DNA of 64,000 nucleotides from a phage, in assembly GCA_024449565.1 (NCBI GenBank), contig GCA_024449565.1_4810.1. The stretch is one strand, 5' to 3'. Shown one piece after another: positions 54,826 to 64,000 of the stretch; the first letter of the stretch is position 1; every line of letters begins with the position of its first letter. Made by a program: the position numbers and the translations under genes. The notes under the pieces were generated by a model. The model made no database searches. It saw only the letters and a program-made list of their open reading frames with translations, and had not been told where the DNA came from.

Positions 54826-57006
54826 TCACCACTTCAAAGGTGTAGCAGTAAGGTTGTTTATGTCATTGATATCATCTTGTTCAAGCACTCGTTTCGTTTC
54901 GAATGCCGTGCTGCGTGGGTCTTGAGCGCCGTTGACGTTGATGACAACGTTTTTCTGACCCATAGTAATATCACGCCCACCAGGTCGACTATTCGCGGAA
55001 AGGTCGCCGCCGTATTTCTGGAATGCCTCAAGTTGGAATGCAGCAAGACGAGCATTCTTCATCGCTTCGGCTTGAATGTTCGGTCTTACACCTGGAGTTG
55101 AAGCCAGTTGCATGTTTTTAATATAATCCCTTTGCGTTCCAAGTTTAAGGTAAGTTTGAGCAAAGTCAATATCGCCTTTGTTAACTTGCCCTTGCATCAA
55201 CTGCTCAACTGGCACGTTTAGGTATCCTGCAACGGCTTCTTGCAACTGTCTGTATTGCACCGTTTGGCGGGATTGGCCTTGTACTGGTGCATAACGGCCC
55301 TTTGGTGCTTCCGCTCCGCTACCGCTAAGTACTGGAGTAACTGGTGCACCTTGCGGCGCTCCTGTGGCGTATTCTCCATTCGCCTGTCGGTCGAGAGCGG
55401 CCATTACCTTGCCAGGGTATGCACGGGTGTTCTTTCCCCATCCGCTTCGGTCATATCCACCGTGATACATAGTCAGCGCAAGATTCCAATCGCCATTGGC
55501 AGCTGTTAAATATTCCTTGAGAAGTTGAGCGCCGCCCATAATGTTTTGTCTTGGGTCGTTACCGTCTGTGATACCAAGTCCCTTGAAGTTGGAAGGCATT
55601 ATTTGCATCAATCCGGTCGCGCCTGCTCCGCTCACAGCGTTAGGGTTGAATCCAGATTCGACTTCTGTGACGGCCTTCATCATCGCAACAGGGATTCCAT
55701 AACGCTTGGAAGCTTCCTCATAGATTGAGTCATATGCAGTCGGATTTCCTGACCCCAAGTTGTTGCCTACGGTCGCACCAGTGCTTAGTGCTGGTGTGCC
55801 AGGCATTGCGGATTGGCCTGCGCTTCGTCCTATCTCACCAGCCCATGCAGCCCACGCTTGTCGCTCATCAATAACACCAGCAAAGGTTGAAACGGCGCTT
55901 GAAAACAGGTTGATGTCGCGAGTGAAAAGTGCTTGCGCAGAGCGTTGTTCAGCCGCGTTTTGCTCCTGGTTCCTCTGGCGCTTCACATCGCCGTCAGCCA
56001 TCTGAGTTATCCATCTATCAACGGCACGCTCGTGACGCTCGTTAACAGCCGCCTGTTTATCGAACGGGTGTTTCAAATCAGCGATGAAATTGTCGACAAA
56101 TTCAGACCATCCATCAGACATCCTTTGGAACATCATCTGGAATCCTTCGACTGTATCGGCAGTCTTGCTGACAAGCGTCGAGAATGCTGGCATCACGTTC
56201 TCGCCGATTACCAGTTCAATGCGTCGCCAGTCTTCTTGAATTTGGCCCATGCTGTTTCGTATCGTTTCAAGCGCAGCCTGCTGTCTTTGCAGCTTCGCCG
56301 TTTCTTCGTCGCTTATACGGGTGCTTTCTTTGACTGATTGATTTCGCTCACGAAGCGCACGGACTTCATCGGCGGTAAAACCTGCCAGAGCACCAATAGC
56401 ACGAGCGGTTTGCTCATTCACACTTCTCAGCTTTGTGCCAATTTCATCAAGCAGCTGGTTTGTGTCTTTGATGCCGCCGTTACTGTTGAAAGGACTGGTC
56501 CCCATCTTGTTCAGCAGCAAGTTATCCTTGTTCATCACATCTGGGTTGGTGTATGCGTTGAATGCGAGATTAGAAGCCTTGCTGATTAAATCCCTTGACC
56601 CTTGCGCACCAAGAACTCCGCCTGAACTTTCATTCAATTGTCGCTGTAATTGCTCTACGCCAATTGGTGAAAGACCTGCTTCAAATCCAAGCTTCCTTTG
56701 CGCTTCGTATTCTTTTCGAACATCAACGATAGATTTGACTACGACAGCCAATCCTGCGACAACAGGGACGAGCGCGGCAAAGCGATAAGTAAGCCGCGCA
56801 AGGATTCCGTCAATAGACCCCAGTTCAGCTGTGAGAGGCTTCAACTCACCAAACACATCCTTGAATGCTCCAGTGAAGTCTTTGCCAGCGGACTTTGCCT
56901 TTTTGTTTGTCTGATCAACCTTATCTTGCAATTGCTCAAGACGATTGATGGACTCTTTCAAGTCCACCGTATATTGAAGAACAAATTTTTCTAATGAGTC
57001 AGACAC
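54826..57006 (-). CDS. tail tape measure protein with lytic transglycosylase (SLT) domain
   Basis: Coiled-coil-rich N-terminal two-thirds; C-terminal EVESGFNPNAVSGAGATGLMQIM SLT motif; GTG start with AAGGGG SD. Confidence 0.65.
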   Translation of the reverse strand: MSDSLEKFVLQYTVDLKESINRLEQLQDKVDQTNKKAKSAGKDFTGAFKDVFGELKPLTAELGSIDGILARLTYRFAALVPVVAGLAVVVKSIVDVRKEYEAQRKLGFEAGLSPIGVEQLQRQLNESSGGVLGAQGSRDLISKASNLAFNAYTNPDVMNKDNLLLNKMGTSPFNSNGGIKDTNQLLDEIGTKLRSVNEQTARAIGALAGFTADEVRALRERNQSVKESTRISDEETAKLQRQQAALETIRNSMGQIQEDWRRIELVIGENVMPAFSTLVSKTADTVEGFQMMFQRMSDGWSEFVDNFIADLKHPFDKQAAVNERHERAVDRWITQMADGDVKRQRNQEQNAAEQRSAQALFTRDINLFSSAVSTFAGVIDERQAWAAWAGEIGRSAGQSAMPGTPALSTGATVGNNLGSGNPTAYDSIYEEASKRYGIPVAMMKAVTEVESGFNPNAVSGAGATGLMQIMPSNFKGLGITDGNDPRQNIMGGAQLLKEYLTAANGDWNLALTMYHGGYDRSGWGKNTRAYPGKVMAALDRQANGEYATGAPQGAPVTPVLSGSGAEAPKGRYAPVQGQSRQTVQYRQLQEAVAGYLNVPVEQLMQGQVNKGDIDFAQTYLKLGTQRDYIKNMQLASTPGVRPNIQAEAMKNARLAAFQLEAFQKYGGDLSANSRPGGRDITMGQKNVVINVNGAQDPRSTAFETKRVLEQDDINDINNLTATPLKW

Positions 57007-57009
57007 AGT

Positions 57010-57426
57010 TTACCCCTTGTTTGGAGTCTCGCCGCTGAGGAATGGCGCGATTAATCGCATCGATTCGCCAATAAATGCTGCAGCCATTTCGCCGCCAACC
57101 TGTTCCCAGTATCCTTCACGTTCAGCGTGAGTCTCTGGGTTGATTCCGTTTTCCATCAACACCGCTTCGAAAACCAATTTTAAGTTTTCCCAGTCGCCAA
57201 GATGGTTGTCAATAAGTGCGCCAGTGCTCAGAGGAATTTCTTGCCCGACATCAAGTTCAACCTTCGCAAAGCTTAATACTTCCATTGTGTATTCTGAACG
57301 AAAGGCGGGGTCTTTTGACATCGCAAATTCGATGAATCGGCGCTGTATGTTCCAACCTTCCATCGCAGTCATTTTGCTGATTTTAATTTCTACTTTGCGA
57401 CCAGTTTGTTTATTGGTGATCTTCAT
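57010..57426 (-). CDS. tail assembly chaperone (tentative)
   Basis: Small gene immediately upstream of tape measure; AGGAATAT SD. Confidence 0.4.
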   Translation of the reverse strand: MKITNKQTGRKVEIKISKMTAMEGWNIQRRFIEFAMSKDPAFRSEYTMEVLSFAKVELDVGQEIPLSTGALIDNHLGDWENLKLVFEAVLMENGINPETHAEREGYWEQVGGEMAAAFIGESMRLIAPFLSGETPNKG

Positions 57427-57427
57427 T

Positions 57428-57988
57428 TTATATTCCTACTGTTGATTTTATTTTATTATATAACGAACTCACAGTTGTAGTCAAACTGACTGGCTCTTTA
57501 ATAGCCACGCCATTTGACGATTCATCTGCGGACTGTTTAGGGTCAAAGCTTCCTTGAATACTAAATGACGTCTGTTCAAATGTTATTACAATTGAGACTC
57601 CATTCAGGTTTTCTTCTGACTGAGTTATTTCGACATCAGACATCGACATTTTGCTTGCAATTATGCTTCGAGAAGTTATTGAAAATGTAACTTCATCATT
57701 GTCGAATGTATTAATTATGTTTTCAATAGTCGATTGGTCATTGCAAATTACGTTTAGCGCCATGTGCGCTGGCATTATTACTTTTGCCGCCTGTAGATTG
57801 CTTACTGAGGATATGCTTGATACTTCCACCACCTGCATTGCCGTTCCAGCAAGTGGAAATTGAGTGGTTTCTGCTGGTGATGTTATTTCTGCAGATACTG
57901 GAGAAAGCTTTGTCCATACAGGAATCCCTGTTGACTCATTCGTTATGGTCAAAGATTGACCAGAGAGCAGAATCGAAACAAAGTCCAT
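57428..57988 (-). CDS. hypothetical tail protein
   Basis: Tiled ORF within the tail module. Confidence 0.4.
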   Translation of the reverse strand: MDFVSILLSGQSLTITNESTGIPVWTKLSPVSAEITSPAETTQFPLAGTAMQVVEVSSISSVSNLQAAKVIMPAHMALNVICNDQSTIENIINTFDNDEVTFSITSRSIIASKMSMSDVEITQSEENLNGVSIVITFEQTSFSIQGSFDPKQSADESSNGVAIKEPVSLTTTVSSLYNKIKSTVGI

Positions 57989-58521
57989 CAGAACATCCCC
58001 TTGATGCCATTCATCACCTTTGTTGCAACGCCAGTGACGCTGGCAGTGGTTTCTTTTATATAAGCTATGCCGCGCTCGATGACAGTTGAGTCGGCTGCTT
58101 GCGCTGTTTGAATAGACACATCCTGCTGTGTTAATATTTCGTGGAATACCAGTTGTATGGGTTGTGAAGTTATATTGTCAGCATCTTGGCTGAAATTGTT
58201 ATTTTGCAGCACCATACGTTCAAATATTAGCCCACGAGAATTTATTGTGTATATCGTGGACCTGTTTTGCAACATCTTTGCGATTGCGTCGGACGCGCTT
58301 TTTGTCTGTGCTATTACAGTCACAGTCAATATTCTAGGCATTTTGACTCTGCCATCGACGATATAGCTTCCGTCTTCCCTTTGGTTTTTGAATATCTTTG
58401 CTTGGAGTCTTATTTTAACGTTAACAATCGCCCAACCAAGCGTTGACACTTCCCCAAGGTTGAAGCTTCTTATTGTGAAGCTTCTGTTGGAAAGACTATA
58501 TGACAATAAATCGATAGCCAT
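57988..58521 (-). CDS. hypothetical tail protein
   Basis: Tiled ORF within the tail module. Confidence 0.4.
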   Translation of the reverse strand: MAIDLLSYSLSNRSFTIRSFNLGEVSTLGWAIVNVKIRLQAKIFKNQREDGSYIVDGRVKMPRILTVTVIAQTKSASDAIAKMLQNRSTIYTINSRGLIFERMVLQNNNFSQDADNITSQPIQLVFHEILTQQDVSIQTAQAADSTVIERGIAYIKETTASVTGVATKVMNGIKGMF

Positions 58522-59018
58522 TAAATTGACCCCAATATGCTCTGCACCACGCCTTTTGCAATTTGCGATGTGCTCTGTGCGCCGCCGTAGCTGGCAAACA
58601 CGAATGTGTATCTGTTTGTCTTACGACGACCGGACTGCTCAATGGAGTCGCCAAGCGGACCGCTGATGATGGTCCCGTTCGAAAACGCCACTCTGCCGCC
58701 ATCAGGATATGTAATAAGCATTGATGTGACATCCTGGATAGGAAGCCACTTGAATCCGCCTTTACGAGCGGAAAGCAAAAGCTTTAGGTTTATGTCGTCT
58801 TCAGTGTTTGGGATCACTGCAATGGATACGCGAACGACGGCGGCCTTGTCATAAATACAAATGCCGCCGTCATAAGTAAGTTGATAGCCTACTGATTCAA
58901 CTTCCTCAATAATTAGCGAATCCTGGTCATCAGACAAAGAACTGATATTCAGCCCAACAGGAAAAGATTGGAGAGCGACAATTCTAATGCTTGTGCCAAA
59001 TCCACTAATATTGACCAT
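58521..59018 (-). CDS. tail tube-like paralog
   Basis: N-terminus MVNISGFGTSIRIVA nearly matches MINVSGFGASIRLVA of the 59969 tube gene; similar length. Confidence 0.6.
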   Translation of the reverse strand: MVNISGFGTSIRIVALQSFPVGLNISSLSDDQDSLIIEEVESVGYQLTYDGGICIYDKAAVVRVSIAVIPNTEDDINLKLLLSARKGGFKWLPIQDVTSMLITYPDGGRVAFSNGTIISGPLGDSIEQSGRRKTNRYTFVFASYGGAQSTSQIAKGVVQSILGSI

Positions 59019-59020
59019 GT

Positions 59021-59287
59021 TTACTCCGCAGATGCAGATTTAACTGCTGCAAGAATTTCATCCTTATAAGAAAGACCTTTGATGTCAATCTCATGTTCCT
59101 TTGCATAAGCCTTCAATTCAGAGACGCTCATTGAATCAAAATCAACTTTCGATTCTACTGCCTTCTCTTCAACCTGTTCTTTCTTCTCCGCAACAGGGTT
59201 TGAAGTCTTTTTGAATAATTCCGATGCGTCTTCAAATTTTTCTCCAAATTTCATGACGCCATTAGCAAAATGAATTACTTGTGCCAT
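59021..59287 (-). CDS. hypothetical protein
   Basis: 88-aa ORF between the two tube paralogs; Lys/Glu-rich with short helical C-terminus. Confidence 0.4.
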   Translation of the reverse strand: MAQVIHFANGVMKFGEKFEDASELFKKTSNPVAEKKEQVEEKAVESKVDFDSMSVSELKAYAKEHEIDIKGLSYKDEILAAVKSASAE

Positions 59288-59643
59288 TATTGATTACTCA
59301 CCTTTATACGTTCGCCATAAATAGTCACCACTTCAGCGGTGAATCCAAGAATACCGTTTTGGATGGTGACAGTCAATGAGTCGATTCCGGCAACGTCTGC
59401 TTTCTTCAGAATAGCATCTGCAATCGACTTTCTCGCACCGTCTTCATCAACGGGCGATTTGAAAACAGTGCCCAAATAATCGACTCCGTTTTCAACATCG
59501 TACAAGTCTTCACCAAGTCGCATTTGATGCGCCGCCTTGATAACTTGTACCATGGCCTTTTCTCCTGACAGAATATTCAAATTTCTTCCATCAGGCAGAA
59601 ACAGGTCATTGTTATCATTAACTTCAATCGTTAGAGTTGTCAA
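59287..59643 (-). CDS. hypothetical tail protein
   Basis: Tiled ORF within the tail module. Confidence 0.4.
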   Translation of the reverse strand: MTTLTIEVNDNNDLFLPDGRNLNILSGEKAMVQVIKAAHQMRLGEDLYDVENGVDYLGTVFKSPVDEDGARKSIADAILKKADVAGIDSLTVTIQNGILGFTAEVVTIYGERIKVSNQ

Positions 59644-59969
59644 ATTGCAAACTCCGCTTCAGCAGTTTTCTGGAATTCAGCCAACTCAGATTCTGACATG
59701 TAATATAAATTACAGCCGCCAGAGTTAAAATGCTCATAATCGGGTACGCTGTCAAAAATAAAGTTGCCGTACCCAATCATGAGATATTTATAAGGCACCA
59801 TTGGTATACCACCAAAACAACGTACCCCCTGAATCAACAATTCGCCATTGCGGTAAACATCTGCGCACATGTGCTCAATTGCGGCGAATATGTGCAGCTG
59901 CCAATAAGCACCGTCAACGTTAAAGCTGATATTCTGGTTAGGTACACTGTCAAGTGGTATTTGATACAT
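59640..59969 (-). CDS. hypothetical tail protein
   Basis: Tiled ORF with 4-nt overlap. Confidence 0.4.
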   Translation of the reverse strand: MYQIPLDSVPNQNISFNVDGAYWQLHIFAAIEHMCADVYRNGELLIQGVRCFGGIPMVPYKYLMIGYGNFIFDSVPDYEHFNSGGCNLYYMSESELAEFQKTAEAEFAI

Positions 59970-60436
59970 TATAAAATCTCTTGGTTGCTCACGCCAGTTT
60001 TGACTACGTTCTCAAACTTAAAGCGATATTGACGTGTTTTTACACGACCCTGAGACTGGATGCCAGGAATCACTGAACCAGTCGTCAAAGTTCCCTTGTT
60101 CAGTGTGATGACCATGCCAGAAGGGTAGGTCAGAATAAGGGTGATCACGTCTTTCGCAGAGTTCTTGCGCTTGCCTACACGGTTAGCCGCTGCCAGAACA
60201 TCTAAGTTTACATCGCTTTCAGAAGTAGGGATGATGTTGACGCCTACTTCAAGAGGGTTGGCACGGTTCCAGACTACCAAGTCACCGTTCAATCCCATTG
60301 CCGCTTCAGAGATTTGAAGATCAGGCGCGTCAATCGGATCAGCATCATCTGCGAAATCAGAAAGAGTTACACCATTTGGAAAAGTGTTTGATGCCACTAA
60401 ACGAATCGAAGCGCCAAAACCGGAAACGTTAATCAT
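59969..60436 (-). CDS. tail tube protein
   Basis: 155-aa gene immediately downstream of sheath. Confidence 0.65.
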   Translation of the reverse strand: MINVSGFGASIRLVASNTFPNGVTLSDFADDADPIDAPDLQISEAAMGLNGDLVVWNRANPLEVGVNIIPTSESDVNLDVLAAANRVGKRKNSAKDVITLILTYPSGMVITLNKGTLTTGSVIPGIQSQGRVKTRQYRFKFENVVKTGVSNQEIL

Positions 60437-60483
60437 TACAGATTCCTCTCAGAGAGATGGCCGCCAGTTACGGCGGCAATTAT

Positions 60484-62022
60484 TTAGATAAGAACGTCAC
60501 GACCTTCAACGCGACGCACAGCATCATCTTTAGAGTAGATTAGCGTGTATGTTGCATAGTATTCGGTGCGCCCATCGGAGGTGGTTTCAGTATCAAAGTC
60601 TACAGTCAGCCAGTAACCGATAGTTTCAACCTGCCGCCAAGCAGTGTTGTCACCGGAAGTTTGCGTGATGTATTGTTTCTGAATCTCAGTCAGCGCCTTG
60701 CCAACAGAGATGGTGCCGTTAACCTTTGCATTGTCAACAGCAACTTGAATCATGGCTTGTACAGTCGCTTTACCTTCTTCGTTTGCAGGCACGCGACCAA
60801 GATTCAAGAACATGCTGAACAGCTGAGAAGTGATAGCAGATTTAAGCCACATCTCGTTGGCATAAGTATTCATGTCAACTGCTGCGGTAGACCCGCCCAT
60901 CAATACGCCGCGCTGGAAGAATGCCAAGGTTTGTCCGGCCTGCTGAGTTGCACCGATGTAGTTAGCACGGTTTTGATCAGCAGTATCTGCGCGAGAGTCA
61001 GTTGAAACAGTCACATTGCGAGTATCAAACTGATAATACATGTAGTTTTGAGTTGCATTCACAGTATTATAGTTTGTTGCCGCGAGGATTTCAGCAGGTG
61101 CTTGGTCGATGTAATCGTTTGCAAGGTTAGTTGCACGAATCATCATGCCAACGCCTGAGTACCCTTTCAGAGCGGTATAGTATGACCCGATATTAGCGAA
61201 CGAAGTCGAGAATAAATACATGTACATATTATTCTGCGAATGAGTCCACGCTGCCACAGCGGTAATCTCTTCCAGAGTTCGGTCTGCTCCAGCGAAAAGG
61301 AATGAGCCGAAGTTGTTGGAGATTTCCACAGATGCTGCGATTGCTTCTACCGGACTTGAAACGCCCTGGCCTGCAACGGTTACGGTGCCAGTGGTGGTCC
61401 AACCCAATGCTTGAGACGGGTCTGTCGGTTGGCCTGTGACGTTGATAGACAGATTGCCTGCACCAGCAGTCGACGGCGCTGCTTCCAGCGTGAACTGCTG
61501 AGTATTAGCGTTCCAATACACTTCTGCATCAGCAAGTGCAGGCACCGACGTACCGCCTTCTGCTGCAAATTTAGTATTGATTGCCGTTTCCAGAAGTTCA
61601 GCCACATTCGCCAGACTTGTTGCCGCTGAAAGGTTAATTGCGTCAGTCAGGTAGTCTGTGCCATCATAAGTAATGCTTAAGATAGCGCCAGTGAATGCTT
61701 GAAAAGTAGCAAGCACTTTAGGCTCAGTATCACCGATTACCATTGCTGGAATCGCAGTTGAAACAATTCGCGAGAAGCTGATTGAATCAGGCGAGTTAAT
61801 TTGCTTGCTGATGAATCCAAAATATGATGCTGCGCGCTTATATTCTTCGGAAGAATAACCGAAATATGATCCAACAGCATCAGCCGTTGAAAATTCTGCT
61901 ACAATGCCTGGCGGCAGAACTGTATTAGAAGTCATGACGCGAAGCGACAGTTTGCGAACTGCAACAGCCGCGCCTGCTCCGACCCCTGATACAATTTTAA
62001 TATAACGAGATTGACTGATCAC
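60484..62022 (-). CDS. tail sheath protein
   Basis: 512 aa; position upstream of tube; GTG start with AAGAGGA SD. Confidence 0.75.
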   Translation of the reverse strand: MISQSRYIKIVSGVGAGAAVAVRKLSLRVMTSNTVLPPGIVAEFSTADAVGSYFGYSSEEYKRAASYFGFISKQINSPDSISFSRIVSTAIPAMVIGDTEPKVLATFQAFTGAILSITYDGTDYLTDAINLSAATSLANVAELLETAINTKFAAEGGTSVPALADAEVYWNANTQQFTLEAAPSTAGAGNLSINVTGQPTDPSQALGWTTTGTVTVAGQGVSSPVEAIAASVEISNNFGSFLFAGADRTLEEITAVAAWTHSQNNMYMYLFSTSFANIGSYYTALKGYSGVGMMIRATNLANDYIDQAPAEILAATNYNTVNATQNYMYYQFDTRNVTVSTDSRADTADQNRANYIGATQQAGQTLAFFQRGVLMGGSTAAVDMNTYANEMWLKSAITSQLFSMFLNLGRVPANEEGKATVQAMIQVAVDNAKVNGTISVGKALTEIQKQYITQTSGDNTAWRQVETIGYWLTVDFDTETTSDGRTEYYATYTLIYSKDDAVRRVEGRDVLI

Positions 62023-62034
62023 GTCGGTGTCCTC

Positions 62035-62520
62035 TTATTTAATGACTTGGCTGCTGACAGATTGCCACATGAGGCTAGTGTGAATCAAAGGCTTGTCGAA
62101 TCCCTTCACACGTACAGTATATCTGGCGTTTGGTTGCCACGGTCCGTTTTTAATTGATTCGACAATCTTTGCTTCCATCGCAAGCCCAATTTGACCCAAT
62201 GCCTGTCTAGCGTCTATTTTACCGGAAAAAATCTTTTTAGCAATTTTATTCTCTATTTCACTGCGCTCACTAACGAATAATTCATAGGCATATCTCATGA
62301 ATGGTCTGGGTGGCACTTCTACCCTGACTGGGCCTTGTCCAAAGTTCAAAACGGCTATGTGACCAAACTCGTTAAGCCGCGCGACTTCTGACACCAGTAT
62401 GCCTTCTCCACCAGTTTCTGAAGGGTATCTGGTAGAATCAAACCATCCTGCCTCAACAGTAAGACCCTTCATAGATTGAAGTGCCTTAATCTGTTTTTCT
62501 ATCATTTTTGATTTTGTCAT
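62035..62520 (-). CDS. hypothetical neck/tail completion protein
   Basis: Start trimmed to ATG MTKSKM; upstream of sheath. Confidence 0.4.
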   Translation of the reverse strand: MTKSKMIEKQIKALQSMKGLTVEAGWFDSTRYPSETGGEGILVSEVARLNEFGHIAVLNFGQGPVRVEVPPRPFMRYAYELFVSERSEIENKIAKKIFSGKIDARQALGQIGLAMEAKIVESIKNGPWQPNARYTVRVKGFDKPLIHTSLMWQSVSSQVIK

Positions 62521-62521
62521 A

Positions 62522-63103
62522 TTACACCGGAACGTCACCCAAATCATTATTAACAGCTCTTGCCACTGCAGGAGTATCAATTGAAATTGCGTTTCTGTGA
62601 AGTATTACCAAATCAAAAGAAGGGAATGATTCAAACTGCGACATGTCATCATAAAACTTTTCATTATTATTCATGTCGATTCGATATACTGATGCTTGAT
62701 GCTTTTTGAACCAATCTCTCAGATTGGCTTTATGAGTTATGAATCTTGCTAAATAAGTCAAAACATCATTAGCTGTAGGCTTTTCTGGATTGCCAGGGAC
62801 TTCTGGAAATAAGCCGCTAATTTGAAAACGTGTTGCGTATATTTGATCTTCAATATCTTTAAATTTGCCATTGACGAATTGAGATTCATCATTGACAAAT
62901 TCATTCTTTCTCATCGACCAACCGAATGGAACTGAGAATAAAAGGTTAAACCAAATCTGATCACCAGTCGGAATGCCCTGTTGAGTCGGTTGATACTTTT
63001 TCTGGACCGGAACAGCAGAAAGGTCTGCACGACTATACGCCGCCAGACCTTCTTCAATTCGCGTCGCCAGCATGTCAATCAGGTCGACATCTGTCATATA
63101 CAC
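62522..63103 (-). CDS. hypothetical virion protein
   Basis: Tiled ORF upstream of sheath. Confidence 0.4.
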   Translation of the reverse strand: MYMTDVDLIDMLATRIEEGLAAYSRADLSAVPVQKKYQPTQQGIPTGDQIWFNLLFSVPFGWSMRKNEFVNDESQFVNGKFKDIEDQIYATRFQISGLFPEVPGNPEKPTANDVLTYLARFITHKANLRDWFKKHQASVYRIDMNNNEKFYDDMSQFESFPSFDLVILHRNAISIDTPAVARAVNNDLGDVPV

Positions 63104-63104
63104 C

Positions 63105-63491
63105 TCAAGTAGACACTGGAAAGCTTTGTTTTACTTCCACGGCAAGGCAAGACGTCCAACCATCTTGGTCAAACCATGTCGTTTCATCTTCCATCTTGTA
63201 CGTTTTGCCACCAAACACAAAATAGTCGCCGGAAGCGTCGCGGTCAAGGTCAACAATGTCTTTGTCCACCCAGATTTTGACATAGTTCTTTTGAAGCTCT
63301 AATCCAAGCTCAACGTATTGGTTTCGAAGAACAGCCTGCACCGAAGCAAGTAGGGTGATTGGTTCTTCATATGTAGTGACATAGTTGCGCATCTTATCAA
63401 GGGTGCGCCCCTTGTACATGTAATATTGAATCGGTTGGCGACCGATGACCTTTGTCGCAACTCGATATAAGTTTACGCCAGGAATCCTCAC
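63105..63491 (-). CDS. hypothetical virion protein
   Basis: Tiled ORF. Confidence 0.4.
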   Translation of the reverse strand: MRIPGVNLYRVATKVIGRQPIQYYMYKGRTLDKMRNYVTTYEEPITLLASVQAVLRNQYVELGLELQKNYVKIWVDKDIVDLDRDASGDYFVFGGKTYKMEDETTWFDQDGWTSCLAVEVKQSFPVST

Positions 63492-63943
63492 CAGAATACC
63501 CCACCAATTTTACGAAAGCCTTCGCGCTCTGGAAGCCCACCGAATGACAAGCCGCCAACGGCCAGTGCTTGCAGAAGCGCCCAAAGCGCCATGCCATAAG
63601 GAGTGCTTGAAAGCCAGTATTCCCAACCATCACTCGCAGGCGGCGCTACCTTATTCACGGTGATGTCACCGATTGTTGCACCAGTCACGAAGCCGCCTTG
63701 TTCAACTCCGTCACCAGAAGACACAGACACCTGTTGGTCTGCGGCTATGCATAAAAGATGAGCCGTCATATATTCCAATGCCAGCTCCAATTTACTGCCA
63801 TTTAAAACACGACAAGGACTGTCTTGTGATTCAATAAATTCACATGCCATGTCATAGAATACTTGAAGCGTTGTGTCAGGGAATTTGACCTGATCAGCAA
63901 ACTGTGGAAATTTTATTCTGAACTTTTCGTAATCTAATGACAT
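63488..63943 (-). CDS. hypothetical virion protein
   Basis: Start trimmed to ATG MSLDYEKF with AAGGTG SD. Confidence 0.4.
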   Translation of the reverse strand: MSLDYEKFRIKFPQFADQVKFPDTTLQVFYDMACEFIESQDSPCRVLNGSKLELALEYMTAHLLCIAADQQVSVSSGDGVEQGGFVTGATIGDITVNKVAPPASDGWEYWLSSTPYGMALWALLQALAVGGLSFGGLPEREGFRKIGGVFW

Positions 63944-63957
63944 GGCATTCACCTTAT

Positions 63958-64000
63958 TTAAACGCGGAACAAATCATCTTCTTGTTCGCCGCTCAATTTA
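63958..64000 (-). CDS. C-terminal fragment of a gene continuing beyond the window
   Basis: Open frame reading ...KLSGEQEDDLFRV then stop at 63958-63960; start lies outside the window. Confidence 0.3.
   Translation of the reverse strand, partial: KLSGEQEDDLFRV

Noticed and set aside
57010-57988. Programmed -1 frameshift between the two genes upstream of the tape measure
   Set aside because: The two ORFs are adjacent rather than overlapping, the second has its own RBS and ATG, and no slippery heptamer is present at the junction.
1-64000. tRNA genes, integrase, repressor or attachment site
   Set aside because: No T-loop-like GTTCGAATC/GTTCAAATC contexts with cloverleaf potential were seen by eye and no recombinase-like ORF was recognised; a proper tRNA scan and HMM search are needed to confirm absence.

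Overview
This 64-kb window reads as a large segment of a contractile-tailed (myovirus-like) dsDNA phage of a Gram-negative host; no integrase, repressor or tRNA was recognised, so it looks virulent. All calls rest on reading the six-frame ORF track and the raw sequence by eye; no database search or structure prediction was run. Layout: (1) 0.4-5.9 kb, minus strand: head-morphogenesis protein, portal with an unusual C-terminal inorganic-pyrophosphatase-like domain, and large terminase, interrupted by two plus-strand genes. (2) 6.0-11.0 kb, plus strand: small genes and a GGTG-repeat tail fiber. (3) 11.0-14.1 kb: a compositionally distinct (CG-rich codon) island with three paralogous small acidic proteins, palindromic elements, an 18-bp x4 tandem repeat and an array of at least 11 same-orientation ATAGTGCAAAT motifs. 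(4) 14.6-15.4 kb: repeat-rich non-coding region homologous to the first 150 bp of the window. (5) 15.4-28.1 kb, minus strand: about 30 small early genes, a VirE-like ATPase and a primase-polymerase-like protein. (6) 28.2-46.2 kb, plus strand: Dda-like helicase, a lysine/alanine/glutamate-rich protein, an enzyme cluster (FAD oxidoreductase, divergent ThyX-like protein, HAD phosphatase, SDR, VOC), DnaQ-like exonuclease plus DnaE-type polymerase, VRR-NUC plus SNF2, spanin pair, MazG-like, DNA ligase. (7) 46.2-64.0 kb, minus strand: GH19-type endolysin, HxH-repeat tail fiber, baseplate, tape measure with lytic transglycosylase domain, two tube paralogs, sheath, neck proteins. The best candidates for an undescribed system are the enzyme cluster at 30.9-35.6 kb, the island and motif array at 11.0-14.7 kb, and the portal-pyrophosphatase fusion.
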